The position numbers and the translations under genes are program-made. A DNA stretch of 64,000 nt from the human T2T-CHM13v2.0 reference genome, Homo sapiens: the NCBI RefSeq assembly GCF_009914755.1, contig NC_060941.1. One strand, given 5' to 3'. Shown here one piece after another: positions 1-15,203 of the stretch. The notes below the pieces were generated by a model. That model did not search any database. It worked only from the letters and a program-made list of their open reading frames with translations, and was not told where the DNA came from. Numbering within the stretch: the stretch's first letter is position 1; each line of letters begins with the position of its first letter.

Positions 1-97
1 AGACAGACCTTTTATCAAACTTCCAAAATTCAATCTTGTTTCATGAAGCCTGAGGACCCTGCAGAGTGAAAGACAAGGAAGGGCTTTCCTGCAGGGG

Positions 98-265
98 GGT
101 GTGTGTGCCTGTGTGTGCCTGTGTGCTGTGTGCCCCCATGTGTGTGCACGTGTGGACCTGTGTGGTGTGTGCCTGCACATGTGTGCACGTGTGGACCTGT
201 GTGGTGTGTGCTGAGTGTGTATATGTGTGTGCCTGTGTGCTGTGTATGCACTTGCACATGTGTAC
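98..265. repeat. Degenerate TG-rich tandem repeat
   Basis: TGTGTGCACGTGTGGACCTGTGTGGTGTGTGC occurs twice within a TG-rich run. Confidence 0.85.
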
Positions 266-386
266 ACAGATCTCATTTTCCTTTTTTCTGGCTTACTAAG
301 TGCCAGAAAGAATTTCCGTGAGCCTCTCCACCCTTCCCAAGGCTGCACATGGAGGGACTTGCGCAGGCACATGTGCGCGTGCACAC

Positions 387-387
<1 letters not shown>

Positions 388-427
<40 letters not shown>
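388..427. repeat. (AC)20 microsatellite
   Basis: Read directly. Confidence 0.98.
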
Positions 428-430
<3 letters not shown>

Positions 431-1272
431 TCAGGGGCGAGCACTCCTGTGGATTGTACCTAGGCCTGGCAGGAAACCGGGTTCTGGGAAACTGTAGGCC
501 CCACCTTTGGCAGAAAACCATGTTTTTGTTGCTGCTCGTTGAAGGGAACATTAAGTGGGGCTGGGGACAGTTTATGTTGAGAAGAGCAAATTTTGCCTAT
601 GGCACTGGGGACATTGAGTGGCTCCTGTCCCGGGCTCTGGAGGGCTTGGGAGACACGTCTGCAGCTCTGGGCATCTCTCAAGGTCACGGGCGGCCACACT
701 CAAGGTTAGGCCCTCCTCTGTGTGAGCTGCGGTCAGCAGGAAGGCTGACCTCAGAGGCGGCCCCAGGGCCCTTGGAGGCCCTGCCCCTGAGACATGGGCC
801 AAGGTCAGAGAGCCGAGAAGGCTGCTGCTGAGGACTCTGGTTGGCGCCCAGCCCAGCGGCCCTTCAGGCGGGCCCTGTGCAGGGGCTGATGAAGTCAGCT
901 GGGAAATCTGTGAAATAAAGCACAGGTCCCCCAGGCTTGCCCAGAGCCCCGGCATCAGATGAGGTGCAGAGAAGGGAACTGAGCTGCCAAGTGTGAACAG
1001 GAGAGAGGAGCCCCAGGACCACACAGGGGCCCCGACATGGCAGGTGCTTGGTCAGCAGCGGTGCTGCCCTTACTGCTGGACGTGGGAAAATGCACTGACA
1101 CTTGCTGACCAGAGCCGGGGTGAGCATCTGGGTGACCCTGCAGATGAGACAAAATAAGGGCTGCCGTGGGGGAGGGGCCCTTGCTGGGCCACCCTGCTGA
1201 GGCCCTGTGTTACTGTCCTGCGGCTGTCATAACAAAGGACCACAAATGAGGTGACTCAAAACATCCGAAATC

Positions 1273-2110
<838 letters not shown>

Positions 2111-3324
2111 TACCTCTGTCTTATAAAGACACCTGTCATTGGATTTAGGGCCCACTCTGATTCAATATGCCCTCAAATAACCCAATTACATCTTCAAAGA
2201 CCCTATGTCCATATAAAGTCACATTCATAGGTACTGGGGGGTCAGGACTTGCATATGTCTTTTGGGGGAACACAATTCAACCCACAATGGGTCTCACCCA
2301 CAGAACGAACGGCCTCTCCAGGGTGTGCGCAGGTGGGTGAGGGGCCCAGGAGAGGGACCTGCGTGGCAAGAGGGCTTGTGTTCACGTCAGAGATTCCAGA
2401 AGGAGACTGGATGGGGTGGCTGCATGGAGCAAGGGGCTACAGCCACTGTCTCCAAGTAGTTGGTGGGTTGTCTGGTAGAAAGGGAGCATTTATTTTGAGT
2501 TCCCCCAAGATATGAAGCTAGTACCAGGTACCTGGAAGGTGCTAGCGAGTAGAGCTTGACTCTTTACAGAAAGAGGTGTTTTTCTCACAATGTTCACTTG
2601 AGGACGGTGGAACAGGCTATTTCACAAGGTAGTGAGTTCCCCATGCCTGGAAGCATTCAAGCAGGGGCCATGTGGGAGTTGTTCAGGAGTGCATAGAAGG
2701 GACCTCAGAGGTCCCTGCCAATACCATCTTTGCTTGTCTTATTTTACGACAACTTGAATTTCAGAATGTAATGTTATTGGGGATATGTCTACTAGAGGGG
2801 CCTCCAGCATCAGGCCCCACACACTATGCATCATTTTTAGGGCAGGGAATGAGAGCAGGCTCCATTCTTTTTGGTTGTCTGTGAGGACCAGGAGGCTTGC
2901 TGCTGAGGCAGCTTCCTGTGGAAACAGTGTCTCAGCCCCGCAATCCATTCATCGGAGCTCCAACATCTTAATGAAACACTGTGTCAGATGGGTTCTGGGC
3001 ATGTGTGTGCAGATTGTCACAAGTCCATGAGAATGCACACACGCACATTGCATGTGTGTGCACACATGTATGCACACATGCACAAGAACACGAAGACCCG
3101 AGGCAGGTATAGTCCGTGAGACAGATCCCTCTAGGCTGAAAGACTCCCCACAAGCGTCCCTAGAACAAGGCTCCGGCCTCGGCAGTCCCTCCCACTTCTG
3201 GTGGGAGGATCTCCACAGAGAAGAAGGGTCAAGAAGCACAGCTCTTGATGCTCACGGTGTACCAAGCTCTGCTTTAAGCTTGTGTCTTATTTTTTACTTA
3301 TTTAGCAAATCTGTCGCTCTTGTT

Positions 3325-3465
3325 TTGTGCCAGATGCTGTTCTCAGCACTTTACAAATATTGATGCATGTTTGTTTCATGACAACCCTGTGAAGTAGGTA
3401 GTGTTACCCCGTTTTATAGATGAGGAAACAGGCGTAGAGGGATAAAGGGACTTGCCCAAGGTCTG
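3325..3465 (-). mobile_element. MIR
   Basis: ACAACCCTGTGAAGTAGG...TTTTATAGATGAGGAAACAGG...ACTTGCCCAAGGTC core. Confidence 0.8.
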
Positions 3466-4064
3466 TCTCTACCTTACACGCACATGAACGCTCACTCATG
3501 CGGCAGGCGCTAGTTTCCCTCTGATGTGAGTCAGGCCTTGAGCTGGTTGGGGTCTGGGTCCCACTTTGGTTGTGTTTTGCTGTGGGCACCAAGGAAGCTT
3601 CTAGCAGCCTCATCTCCCTGGTATGACCTAGCTCCAGGGACTGGATTTCCCCAAATGCTCCTGCCCAGCCTGGAGCCTCCTTTCCAGCTGGGGGAGGGCT
3701 GAACGACCCCTCACTCTTGGAGGCTGCCGGAGCCCCTCCTGCCTGCATGCGGCCGCTGCCGGGTGGACAGGCCTGCTTGTGGGTTGAGGCTCCCAGCAGC
3801 TGGGGTGGATCATTTCTCCTCCCAAGAAGCTTTGGGAGAAGCAGCTGAGGGGGCCAGCGTCCTCCTGAGGCCAATTCCCTGCCTCCCCCAGCGCAGGCGC
3901 GAAGCCATCTTTGCTTGTGTGTTTGCCACAGACAGTGGAGGGCGGTGCAATCGTGACGCCTGCTTGTTGCACTTTGCGTCCTTGAGGACGTTGACCCCTG
4001 GCCGGTGCTGGGCGCTTGCTCTTCAGTCATCTTGCCCTGACCTGGCGTGGCAGGCCCGAGCACT

Positions 4065-4190
4065 GCTCTTTTACAAGGAAACAGGCTCAGAGGCCTTGAG
4101 TCACTTGCCCGGGCTCCCCCAGCCAATAATTGGCTGAGCCAGGATTTCCATCCAGCTCTGTGACTCCAGAAGTCCAAGTTCTTCCCATCA
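4065..4190 (-). mobile_element. MIR fragment
   Basis: AGGAAACAGGCTCAGAG...TCACTTGCCC...GAGCCAGGATTTC. Confidence 0.65.
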
Positions 4191-4862
4191 CGTCAGGGCC
4201 AGGAAAGGATTAGAATGCTTTTCTACGTGCCGATTATTTGGATGATCTGTGCAGCTTAGCTCGTTGTAGTTGCTCAATAAAAATGTGGAATGAATGGGCC
4301 TATATGTCCCATTGTGTGACTCAGAGCCAATGACTCTGGCTGATCCTCCTGTTTTCATTCCGTGGCCCAGCATCTCCCTTTGGGGTGTGTGACCTTGGAA
4401 GCAGTGACTCTCTCCATCCCACCTTGAATGGTGTCTGCGCCGCAGCAGGGGAGCAGCTGGGGATTGCCAGCGCCTGTTGCTGGTGGGCTGTGCGCCAGAT
4501 CCCGTCTTGGATGTGTGGGTGATTGTCAGCCACATGTGTGTGAAGGGCTGTGCGTGTAGGATTTGTGCAAATGTGCCCCTCCCTGCTGCCAGCCCATGGG
4601 AGGCTGTCAAGATTCTGCCCCTGCACATTAGCCCACACTCTCTTTGTGGCCCACTGCTGTGGCTGTTCCCTTGTGTCACGTGGCTGCAGGCACAGCCCCC
4701 AAGTGGATGGGGATCGTGGGCTGAATGTGCATCAGATGCTCCTGCTTCTTGGTGGGTGGAGACCCTCAACCCATGCACCGTGGCTGCCGCATCTGAAAGG
4801 CCTTCCATGGTGAAGGACTTGGACCTGAGCAACCCTCCGCAGAGGTCTTAGAAGTGCTCCCT

Positions 4863-5313
<451 letters not shown>

Positions 5314-5827
5314 TCACGTTTGGAAGAGGCGACACTGTGTCTCAGCCTCATTCATTTCTCCATCCTACAGACACTGCCTGGTGCCCAGCCCGCACCGCGA
5401 GGCTTCCTAAGCAGCTCTGGGCACCGTGCACCTGGCATGGCCTCCAGCCCCATCTCCCTGCCTTGGGAGACCCGGTGGGGACTCCGGGCTGAGCTCCTGT
5501 GGCTGTGGAACCTTGGTGGTTTATTGTGGTGGCTGAGAACAGGGACGTGGGGTTGGACGGGTTGAGTGTAACTCCCAGTGGCTCCGTGAACTGCCTGGGA
5601 GCCTTGGGCAGCTCTTTCTCACTCTGTGCCTCCGCTTCCTGATGGAAAAATGGGGGCCAGGGGGGAGCGACCTTGAAGGTATTCGTGGGAACCAAGCGAG
5701 GTGATAAATGTAGTGTCCTTGGTAGAGAACTGGACACAGAGTCCACCCCCATGAAGGGGGCTGCTCCTCCTCCTTCTATGTTTCCTCTTGTTCTTATTTC
5801 TCCTCTTGTATCTTCTCTTCCTGCTTT

Positions 5828-6415
5828 CCCTCCCCCTCCCCTCCCCCTCCCCTCCCCCTCCCCTCCCCTCCCCTACCTCCTCCCCTCCCCCTCCCCTCCC
5901 CTCCCCCCTCCCCCCTCCCCTCCCCCCTCCCCACCCCTTCCCCCTCCCCCTCCCCTCCCCCTCCCCTCCCCTCCCCCTCCCCTCCCCTCCCCCCACCCCC
6001 TCCCCCTCCCCTCCCCCTCCCCTCCCCCTCCCCTCCCCCACCCCTTCCCCCTCCCCACCCCTTCCCCCTCCCCCTCCCCTCCCCCCTCCCCTCCCCCTCC
6101 CCTCCCCACCCCTCCCCCCTCCCCCTCCCCTCCCCCCTCCCCCTCCCCTCCCCCCCTCCCCACCCCCTCCCCATCCCCTCCCCTCCCCTCCCCCCCCTCC
6201 CCTCCCCCTCCCCCTCTCCTCCCCTCCCCCTCCCCTCCCCTCCCCTCCCCTCCCCCTCCCCACCCCTTCCCCCTCCCCCCTCCCCTCCCCTCCCCCCTCC
6301 CCACCCCTTCCCCCTCCCCACCCCTTCCCCCTCCCCCCTCCCTCCCCCCCACCCCTTCCCCCTCCCCCTCCCCTCCCCCTCCCCTCCCCCTTTCCCTTCC
6401 CCTCCCCTCCCCCCC
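5828..6415. repeat. C-rich polypyrimidine tract, (CCCCT/CCCT)n
   Basis: About 590 bp almost entirely C and T with occasional A. Confidence 0.98.
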
Positions 6416-7349
6416 CACATGCAGGCACACTCCATTTGGTGCCCCAACTGCCTTTCTCCATTGTCCTTCTGTAAGTGGTTCTCTAAGTGGGAACTCAGGC
6501 CTGGAAAGGGTGGGCACCCTGTCTGGTGGGCTCTGGCAGGCCAGGCGCTGAGCAGCCTCAGGAGACACAACCCTAGGAAAAGGCTCATGCAGGCTGGCTG
6601 TCATGACGGACTGTTGGTGGGAGAGGGGAAGGCGCCGTGGTAGGGGAAGCTTTGGAAACATCCACTAGTGGCCTTATTTATGACTCAGGACACCTGCCAG
6701 GTCACTAGAACACAGCTGAGGAAGCTGTCGGCCAGACGTCCAGAAGCATCAACCTGGTGGCTGGGCTGTGGGGGGACCTCTCTGGACAGGCAGACAAGGT
6801 GTCGGAGGAAGGGGCTGACACTCACTCAGTGTCTGTCATGCACTGAGGGCACAAAGGGCAGGATGGAGAGCTGGCCCACGCCACCTGTGGAATCTTCCAG
6901 GTGTGGGGGCAGATGGGGAAGCAAGGGGGCTTGAAGACACATGCGCTCATTAAATGTCCTTAAATCCCAAGAAGAAGAACAAGGACACATCCACAGGGGC
7001 AGGGCTGAAAGTCTGATGCATGGTGTTTTGGGGTCTGCTCCTGCTGCAACAGCTACAGTGGCTCCCTCTTACCTTTCTCTTCCCTCCATTCTGTTGTGAA
7101 AATGTTCAAAACACATGGTCAAGTTGAAAGCATTTTACAGGGAACACATTCAGCCATCACCTAGATTCTACCACTAACACCAAGCTACACCTGCTTTATC
7201 ACCTCACCGTCCATCTATCCCTCCTTCGCCTGGCCATGAATCCATTTTATTTTTATTTTTTGGTGCATTTCAAAGTAATTTCAGGTCATCCTGATTATCT
7301 CTGGAATCACTGTCAGAAATTCCCTCCCTTCCCCTCCCCTCTCCTTTCC

Positions 7350-7510
7350 TTTCCTTTTCTGAGATGGGATCTTGCTAGGTCACCTAGGCTGAAGTGCGGT
7401 GGTGCAGTCATAGCACACTGCAGCCTCCAACTCCCGAGCTCAAGCAATCCTCCTGCCTCAGCCTCCTGAGTAGCTGGGACCGCAGGCATCCACCACCACA
7501 CCCAGCTTCA
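7350..7510 (-). mobile_element. Alu right arm (AluJ/FRAM-like)
   Basis: Single diverged monomer. Confidence 0.85.
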
Positions 7511-7589
7511 TTTTCAAAATTTCTCACCAACTCCTCACTCCTTGTATTCACCCAGGACCACTTCTCACAAAGCCAGGGTGCTGCAGGAG

Positions 7590-7930
7590 GGGTCAGAACC
7601 CCAAGCCCTAATCCTGGCTCTGTCATTAACACTGTGCGACCCTCAGCAAATCATTTTGCCTGTCTAGGTCCTGTTTTCATTCCTATGAAACGAGGGCGTT
7701 AAACTGTATGTTATAAATAATGAGGGCTACCAGTTACCAAGCTCCTATTTTAGGCCAGGCACTTTTCACATGTTATTATGAGTCCTTTCAATCTAGGTAT
7801 TGTTCTCAATGGACAGCTTAGTCAACGGAAGCTCAGAGAGGTGGTGTAACTTGCCAAAAGTCCCACTACCCAGTGAATGTCCCCACGGGGTCTGCACCCA
7901 GGAGTCTGACACAGAGCCCAGGCCTCAGCA
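7590..7930. mobile_element. Two MIR fragments in opposite orientation
   Basis: AATCCTGGCTCTGTCATTAAC... followed by GAAGCTCAGAGAGG...GTAACTTGCCAAAAGTC. Confidence 0.6.
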
Positions 7931-8066
7931 CCTGGCGATGTTTTGGGGGTGTGAGCAGCCCAGCCTACTCTGGGCACGTGTTTACTTGCTGTTCCTTCTG
8001 CCTCATGTTTGTGTTTGTCCCCTCTGAAGCTCAGACTGTTATTTTCCAGTTCCAAATACCAAAACT

Positions 8067-8405
<339 letters not shown>

Positions 8406-8559
8406 CCAAATGCCAAAACCAACCCACAAAATAAACCTTGGTTAAAGTAGCCTGTTCATTTTGCTTTAACTATGTATATTGCACCAGATTCTGCCAGGGG
8501 CTCAGCGTATAAAGATGAGACCCCTGCCCTGCCAGACAGGTGGGATGATGGCCATACCT

Positions 8560-9020
8560 TGAGTTAGTCAAGGCACCATCTGGCTGTGTAACAAAAGCTA
8601 AAACATCAGAGGCTGAGCAGCACTCGGACCCACGTCCCAGTCCAAGTGTCAGTCGTTATGGGGGCCCAGGACAGCCCGGACCTAGTTCATTCCTTTGGTG
8701 CATCCTCGACACACAGCTTCCATCTCTTGAGCTGAGATGGTTCCAGCTCCTGCCGTCATGTCTGCACTCCAGCCAGAGGGAAGGGAAGAAGGGAGAGGGG
8801 AAAGGGCAAGTGTCCCTCTTTATTTTTAAGGGCATGACCTGAAAGTTAAACACTTCAGCTCCTTCCCACTGGCCAGAACCCAGTTGTATGGCCGCTCCTG
8901 TCATCAGGGAGGCTGAGCAATGTATTCTTCAGCTGGGCTTCCCTGTGCACAACCAAAACTTCAGTTACTATAGAAAAAAGGGAGCTCAGATATTGGGGAA
9001 ACAACTAGCATCTGTACCAC
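8560..9020 (-). mobile_element. Old MLT1 (J/K-like) LTR
   Basis: CCCACTGGCCAGAACCCAG...TGGCC...AGGGAGGCTGAGCAATGTA motif. Confidence 0.55.
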
Positions 9021-9231
9021 ATGCACTGATAGCTCTCTTTGTATGAACAGAGCTGTGGCAGGCCCTATGCCAGGGAGAAAGTAAGATTGGAAAAGAGCTT
9101 ACCAAGGAGGTGGCATTTGCACTGTGCTTAAGGGGCAAGAAAAACGTCTTCCAATCAGGAGCCACAAATGCTTGGCTGAAGTGCTACTGCTCTTTCATCC
9201 TGGAGCTGGAACAGACGTCACCAGTCAATCA

Positions 9232-9549
<318 letters not shown>

Positions 9550-9610
9550 TTAAAATGGAAAAAAAATCATGAGCACATAACTCCAGATGTATCCTCAAGA
9601 TAGCAAACCC

Positions 9611-9965
<355 letters not shown>

Positions 9966-10120
9966 TCAGAAACCTGCCCCACATCACATCAGTGGGCAGT
10001 TGATTGGGTCAGCCTGCCAGTTGAACCCTATTTGCCACAGTCATTCTCCATAGTAAGGGGCATTCTAGACATACCCCCCTTCCCAGGGAAGAATAAGCCG
10101 TAGCTGCCTGAGCGTTTTAT

Positions 10121-10951
<831 letters not shown>

Positions 10952-11268
10952 TCTTTCGTTCTTTCTTAATGAAAATCTTCCTGAAAGATTTGCCTACTGA
11001 TGTCTGTGTCAATAGGTACTGCCTGCGGGACAGAGCCTGCCCTCCTTTTGAAGGTCTTTCTCTGTCTGGGTGACCATCTGCATGTCACTCCCTGCTGCTC
11101 AGAACTAAAGATGTAGCTATGCCTGGGGTAGGTTGGGAAAACCTGTGGGAATCACAGAGCTTGCTGTCATGCTGTGTTCTGGATACCTGAAGCTTGGCAG
11201 GCAGGTGGGATCGAGGGTGGGCATTAGGAAAGTGATGTGGCTCTATAGGAAGGGGACATAGGTCCTGA

Positions 11269-11659
<391 letters not shown>

Positions 11660-13107
11660 AAGTGGTCAGTTTTCTCAGCTGCCGGGTCTTGCACACCTTG
11701 CTGGCTCTGGAGACCATATGCACCATGTAGACCCCATTTGTTTCCTACCCTCAGTGTTGGGGGAGGGGCCAAGGGCCTGTCGATGTGTTGACACCTGGCC
11801 ATTCACTGGCCTTGAATGTCCACATTCACCTCCTTGAAATCGATGCCCCGTATCGGAGGCTCCATGTGGATTTGGGGGCAGAGGCCTGTACTCCAGATGG
11901 TGGGGTGGCCTTCACCAATCAGGCAGATTCCCTGCCCTGCCCTGCCCTTTGGGCTCTGTAGCTCCAGATGTGTGCTCAAGATCTGTGGCCACATGGATGG
12001 GACAAGCCACAGAGACTCAGACTCCGTGGTCCCTGTGACCAGAGTAGCCGTGGCCCTGTCTGGGAATGTTCCCACCCTGTTGCTGAAGGTGAGAAATTTC
12101 TCTGTGCTGGAGAACAGCTGTGCTGAGAAGTTGGCCCATCTGGCTTGCAGGACTGCTGGGGCAAGGGAGGTCTGCTGCCGGTCTCTTCCTTCCTCCTCTG
12201 ACTGGGTGCTCCTTGTCTAGGTTCCTTGCAGCAAAAGAATTCTCTAATTTATTTTGTTCCCTTATTGAGTCTCTACTCCATGAAGCCCACCTCCTGATCC
12301 CAGCTGACTGGCTCCCACCTCCTCAAGAGGAAGGCCAGGGGCAGACGAGGCTGAAGGAGGCTGACTCCCCTGTGCCTTCGCAGTCTGAGCTGATGCTGCT
12401 GTATGTTCACAGGGCTCCTTCAGCTTTTAAAAAGGCTTCAACACGTTCGTCACACGCTTGTGGCTCTCCTGGATGCCACACTAACTCAGTAAGGCCTGAG
12501 TTAGAGGCTGTTCCTGAGGCTGTGAAAATAGAAGAAGGGTCCAGAGGAGAATCCCTTCATCTGACGATCCCAGGAAGGCTTCCTAGAAGAAGCAGCCTCT
12601 GAGCTGAGACCTGAAGACAGATCAGGCCTGAGTCAGGCCAGGGAGGGTGTGAGGGGCCCACCAGGCAGAGGGAACAGGATAGGGCAGGCACAGAGGTCTG
12701 GCACCTGGCTTGTGGGGAAGTGTGAGCCCCTGGGCATGACCAAGGCGGGGAGAAGTGGCGTGAGAGGAGGCAGATGTGGCTGGCAGGAGATCGGCGGCCC
12801 CGGCCTTGCTGAGCTCCACTCTGTATGCACCAGGTGACGGAAGCTGCCCAGGACGGTGGGCAGGGAAGTGACAGGTCACATGGTCATCCCACCAACAGCC
12901 GGGAGTCCAGCTTGGGGGGACCCAAGACCCTGGGGAAGGCACGAGTCAGGGGCCTGCTAGAGCCAGGAGCTAGTGGGAGAAGGAAACAGTGTTGCTTATG
13001 AATTATAAACAGACACTCCCGCAACTTTCTCTGACGTGATACAATCTCAAAGTGGGCCACCCAGAGGTGGGAAGGTGACTTCTGGCTCTCCAGGCCTTGG
13101 GCCTGTC

Positions 13108-13417
13108 TTTTTTTTTTTTTTTTTTTTTTTTTTTTGAGATGGAGTCTCACTCTGTTGCCCAGGCTGGAGTGCAGTGGTGTAATCTTGGCTCACTACCACC
13201 TCTGCCTCCTGCGTTCAAGCAATCCTCCTGCCTCAGCCTCCTGAGTAGCTGGGATTACAGGCACCTGCCACCACACCCGGCTAATTTTTGTATTTTTAGT
13301 AGAGATGGTGTTTCACCATGTTGGCCAGGCTGGTCTCGAATTCCTGACCTCAGGTGATCCGCCCACCTTGGCCTCCCAAAGTGCTGGGATTACAGGCATG
13401 AGCCACTGTGCCCAGCC
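13108..13417 (-). mobile_element. AluS
   Basis: Poly-T followed by antisense Alu consensus. Confidence 0.93.
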
Positions 13418-15037
13418 GAGCCCATCTTCAAGTTCTCCCTGGCCCTCAGTGTTTCTGTATTAGTTCACCCTTTTGGCTCCCTGCTTTTAAGAGTCTCCCT
13501 TAAGACTGTCCCCAAGTGGACAGGTCCCCAGAACCAAGGAGCAGCCTTAGGAGTCCCCAGTTACAGACACTCCAGGGGGTCCGTGTGGCCCTCAGCCTCT
13601 GGCCTGGTTCCGGCAGCCTTGGTCCTTTGTGCTGTCTCTCACATAGCCTGGCCAGAGCTGGCCAGGTCCCTTGGCTGGGCCGAGTCATCGTGGCCAGTGA
13701 CTCATGCAGGGGGAGAAAAGTGAGGAGGGGGAACAGAGTGCGAGGGGGACTGTGTTAATAACAAACCCATTAGGTCCCTGAGGTCACTTCACAGGAGGGA
13801 CAAATGGTTCATTTAGGTTGATCTGGCTGCCGGCTGGCTTCCAGAGACACTCAGGGTGGGGAAGATTTCATTATCTGGGGAAAGCAATACCAGATTGTCT
13901 GGAGGGGCCCAGCCAGCGCACCCCGCGCTTCCTGTCTGCCTCCCACGCAGAGCGTTCTGTTCCCAAGGCGGCAGGCCAAGAGCGCGAGCCGAGGCTCAGG
14001 TGCAAAGAGGGGTGCGGCATGGGGGCACTGCAGGGCACGGGGTGCATGCATTTTTATTTATTTTTTTACTGAGTGTTAGGGTAATTTGTTAATGGGGTAT
14101 ATTTGGTGACATAAAACCTTCTGTCGATTCATGGCAGTCTGGAACGGAGTGGAAGCGTCCCACTCCTGGGGAACCCCCACACACATTTGGCTGTGAACGT
14201 CGGTGCCTTTGCACTGGAGCCTCTTTGGAGTGTGCTGGGCAGAGCGGAGAGGTTCCTCTTCTCTCTTCTCCATCATCCTGTGGAGGTGTCAACATGTAGC
14301 CAGAGATGGTCAGTGGCAGTGAGGAGAGGGGGGCAGGAAGAGACCAGGGCTGGGGGCTTGCCAGCCCACAGTTCTACCCCTGAACACCCATGGCCTCCCT
14401 GTTCAGGTCAGCGAGGCTGGGGGCAGAGACGGGCAGGGGTCCCCCAATGTTGGGCATCTCCCCGCTCCCTCATACTCTGGATTTGCCCTCTGGAGAAAGC
14501 TCTGGAGCACCCAGAAGTCCTGGGGCTGCTGGCTGAGGTGGGGAGCAGAGCCCAGCTGTGCCTGGAGGCTCCCCACTTCCACTCAGCTTCCAGGGACAGT
14601 CTCAGCTGTGCAGGCCCAGGCCGCTGAGGCTGGCTCCAGAAATTTCTTCACAACCACCACTGGATGGAAAACCAGTTCTCTAAAGGGCCCCAGAGCCAGT
14701 TTTGTTTCTTCTTCCACAGGTTCCCATAGTCAGAGCATCGGGTCTTTGTTAGAGATGCAGAAGAGACGATGTCCCCAGCCCTTATGTGGTTCGGTCTCCA
14801 CTGTGGATGTTGGTGATCTTAGTCTCCTTCTCAAAACCAAGAGGGCTGATGCCCCACATTCCAGGCCCCCAGAAAGAGCCGCCACCCACCCACACCGCTA
14901 CATCTTCTTTCCACTTTTCTGTTCCGGAAAGAGTAGAGTGGATATGCGCTCCTGTAGAAATCCATCTACAGCCTGACTGCAGATGTATTTTGCTCCCTTA
15001 TTGAGTCTCTGCTCCATGAAGCCTGCCTTGTTTGTAC

Positions 15038-15203
15038 CTCTTTCTCTCTCTTTCTCTCTTTCTTCCCTCTCTTCCTTCCCTTCCGTTCCCTTCCTTTTTC
15101 TTTCCTTCCTGTCTTATTCTTTCCTCTTTCTTTCTTTCCTCTCTCTCTCTTTCCCCCTTTCTCTGTCTTTCCTATCTTTTCTTTCTCTCTCTTTCCTCTT
15201 TTT
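15038..15203. repeat. CT-rich polypyrimidine low-complexity tract
   Basis: Read directly. Confidence 0.92.

Noticed and set aside
2620-2720. Possible CR1/L3 fragment, with a similar motif near 15235-15300
   Set aside because: Short motif-level resemblance only
5619-6661. Long Pro-rich and Gly-rich ORFs in several frames
   Set aside because: Artefact of the stop-free C-rich repeat
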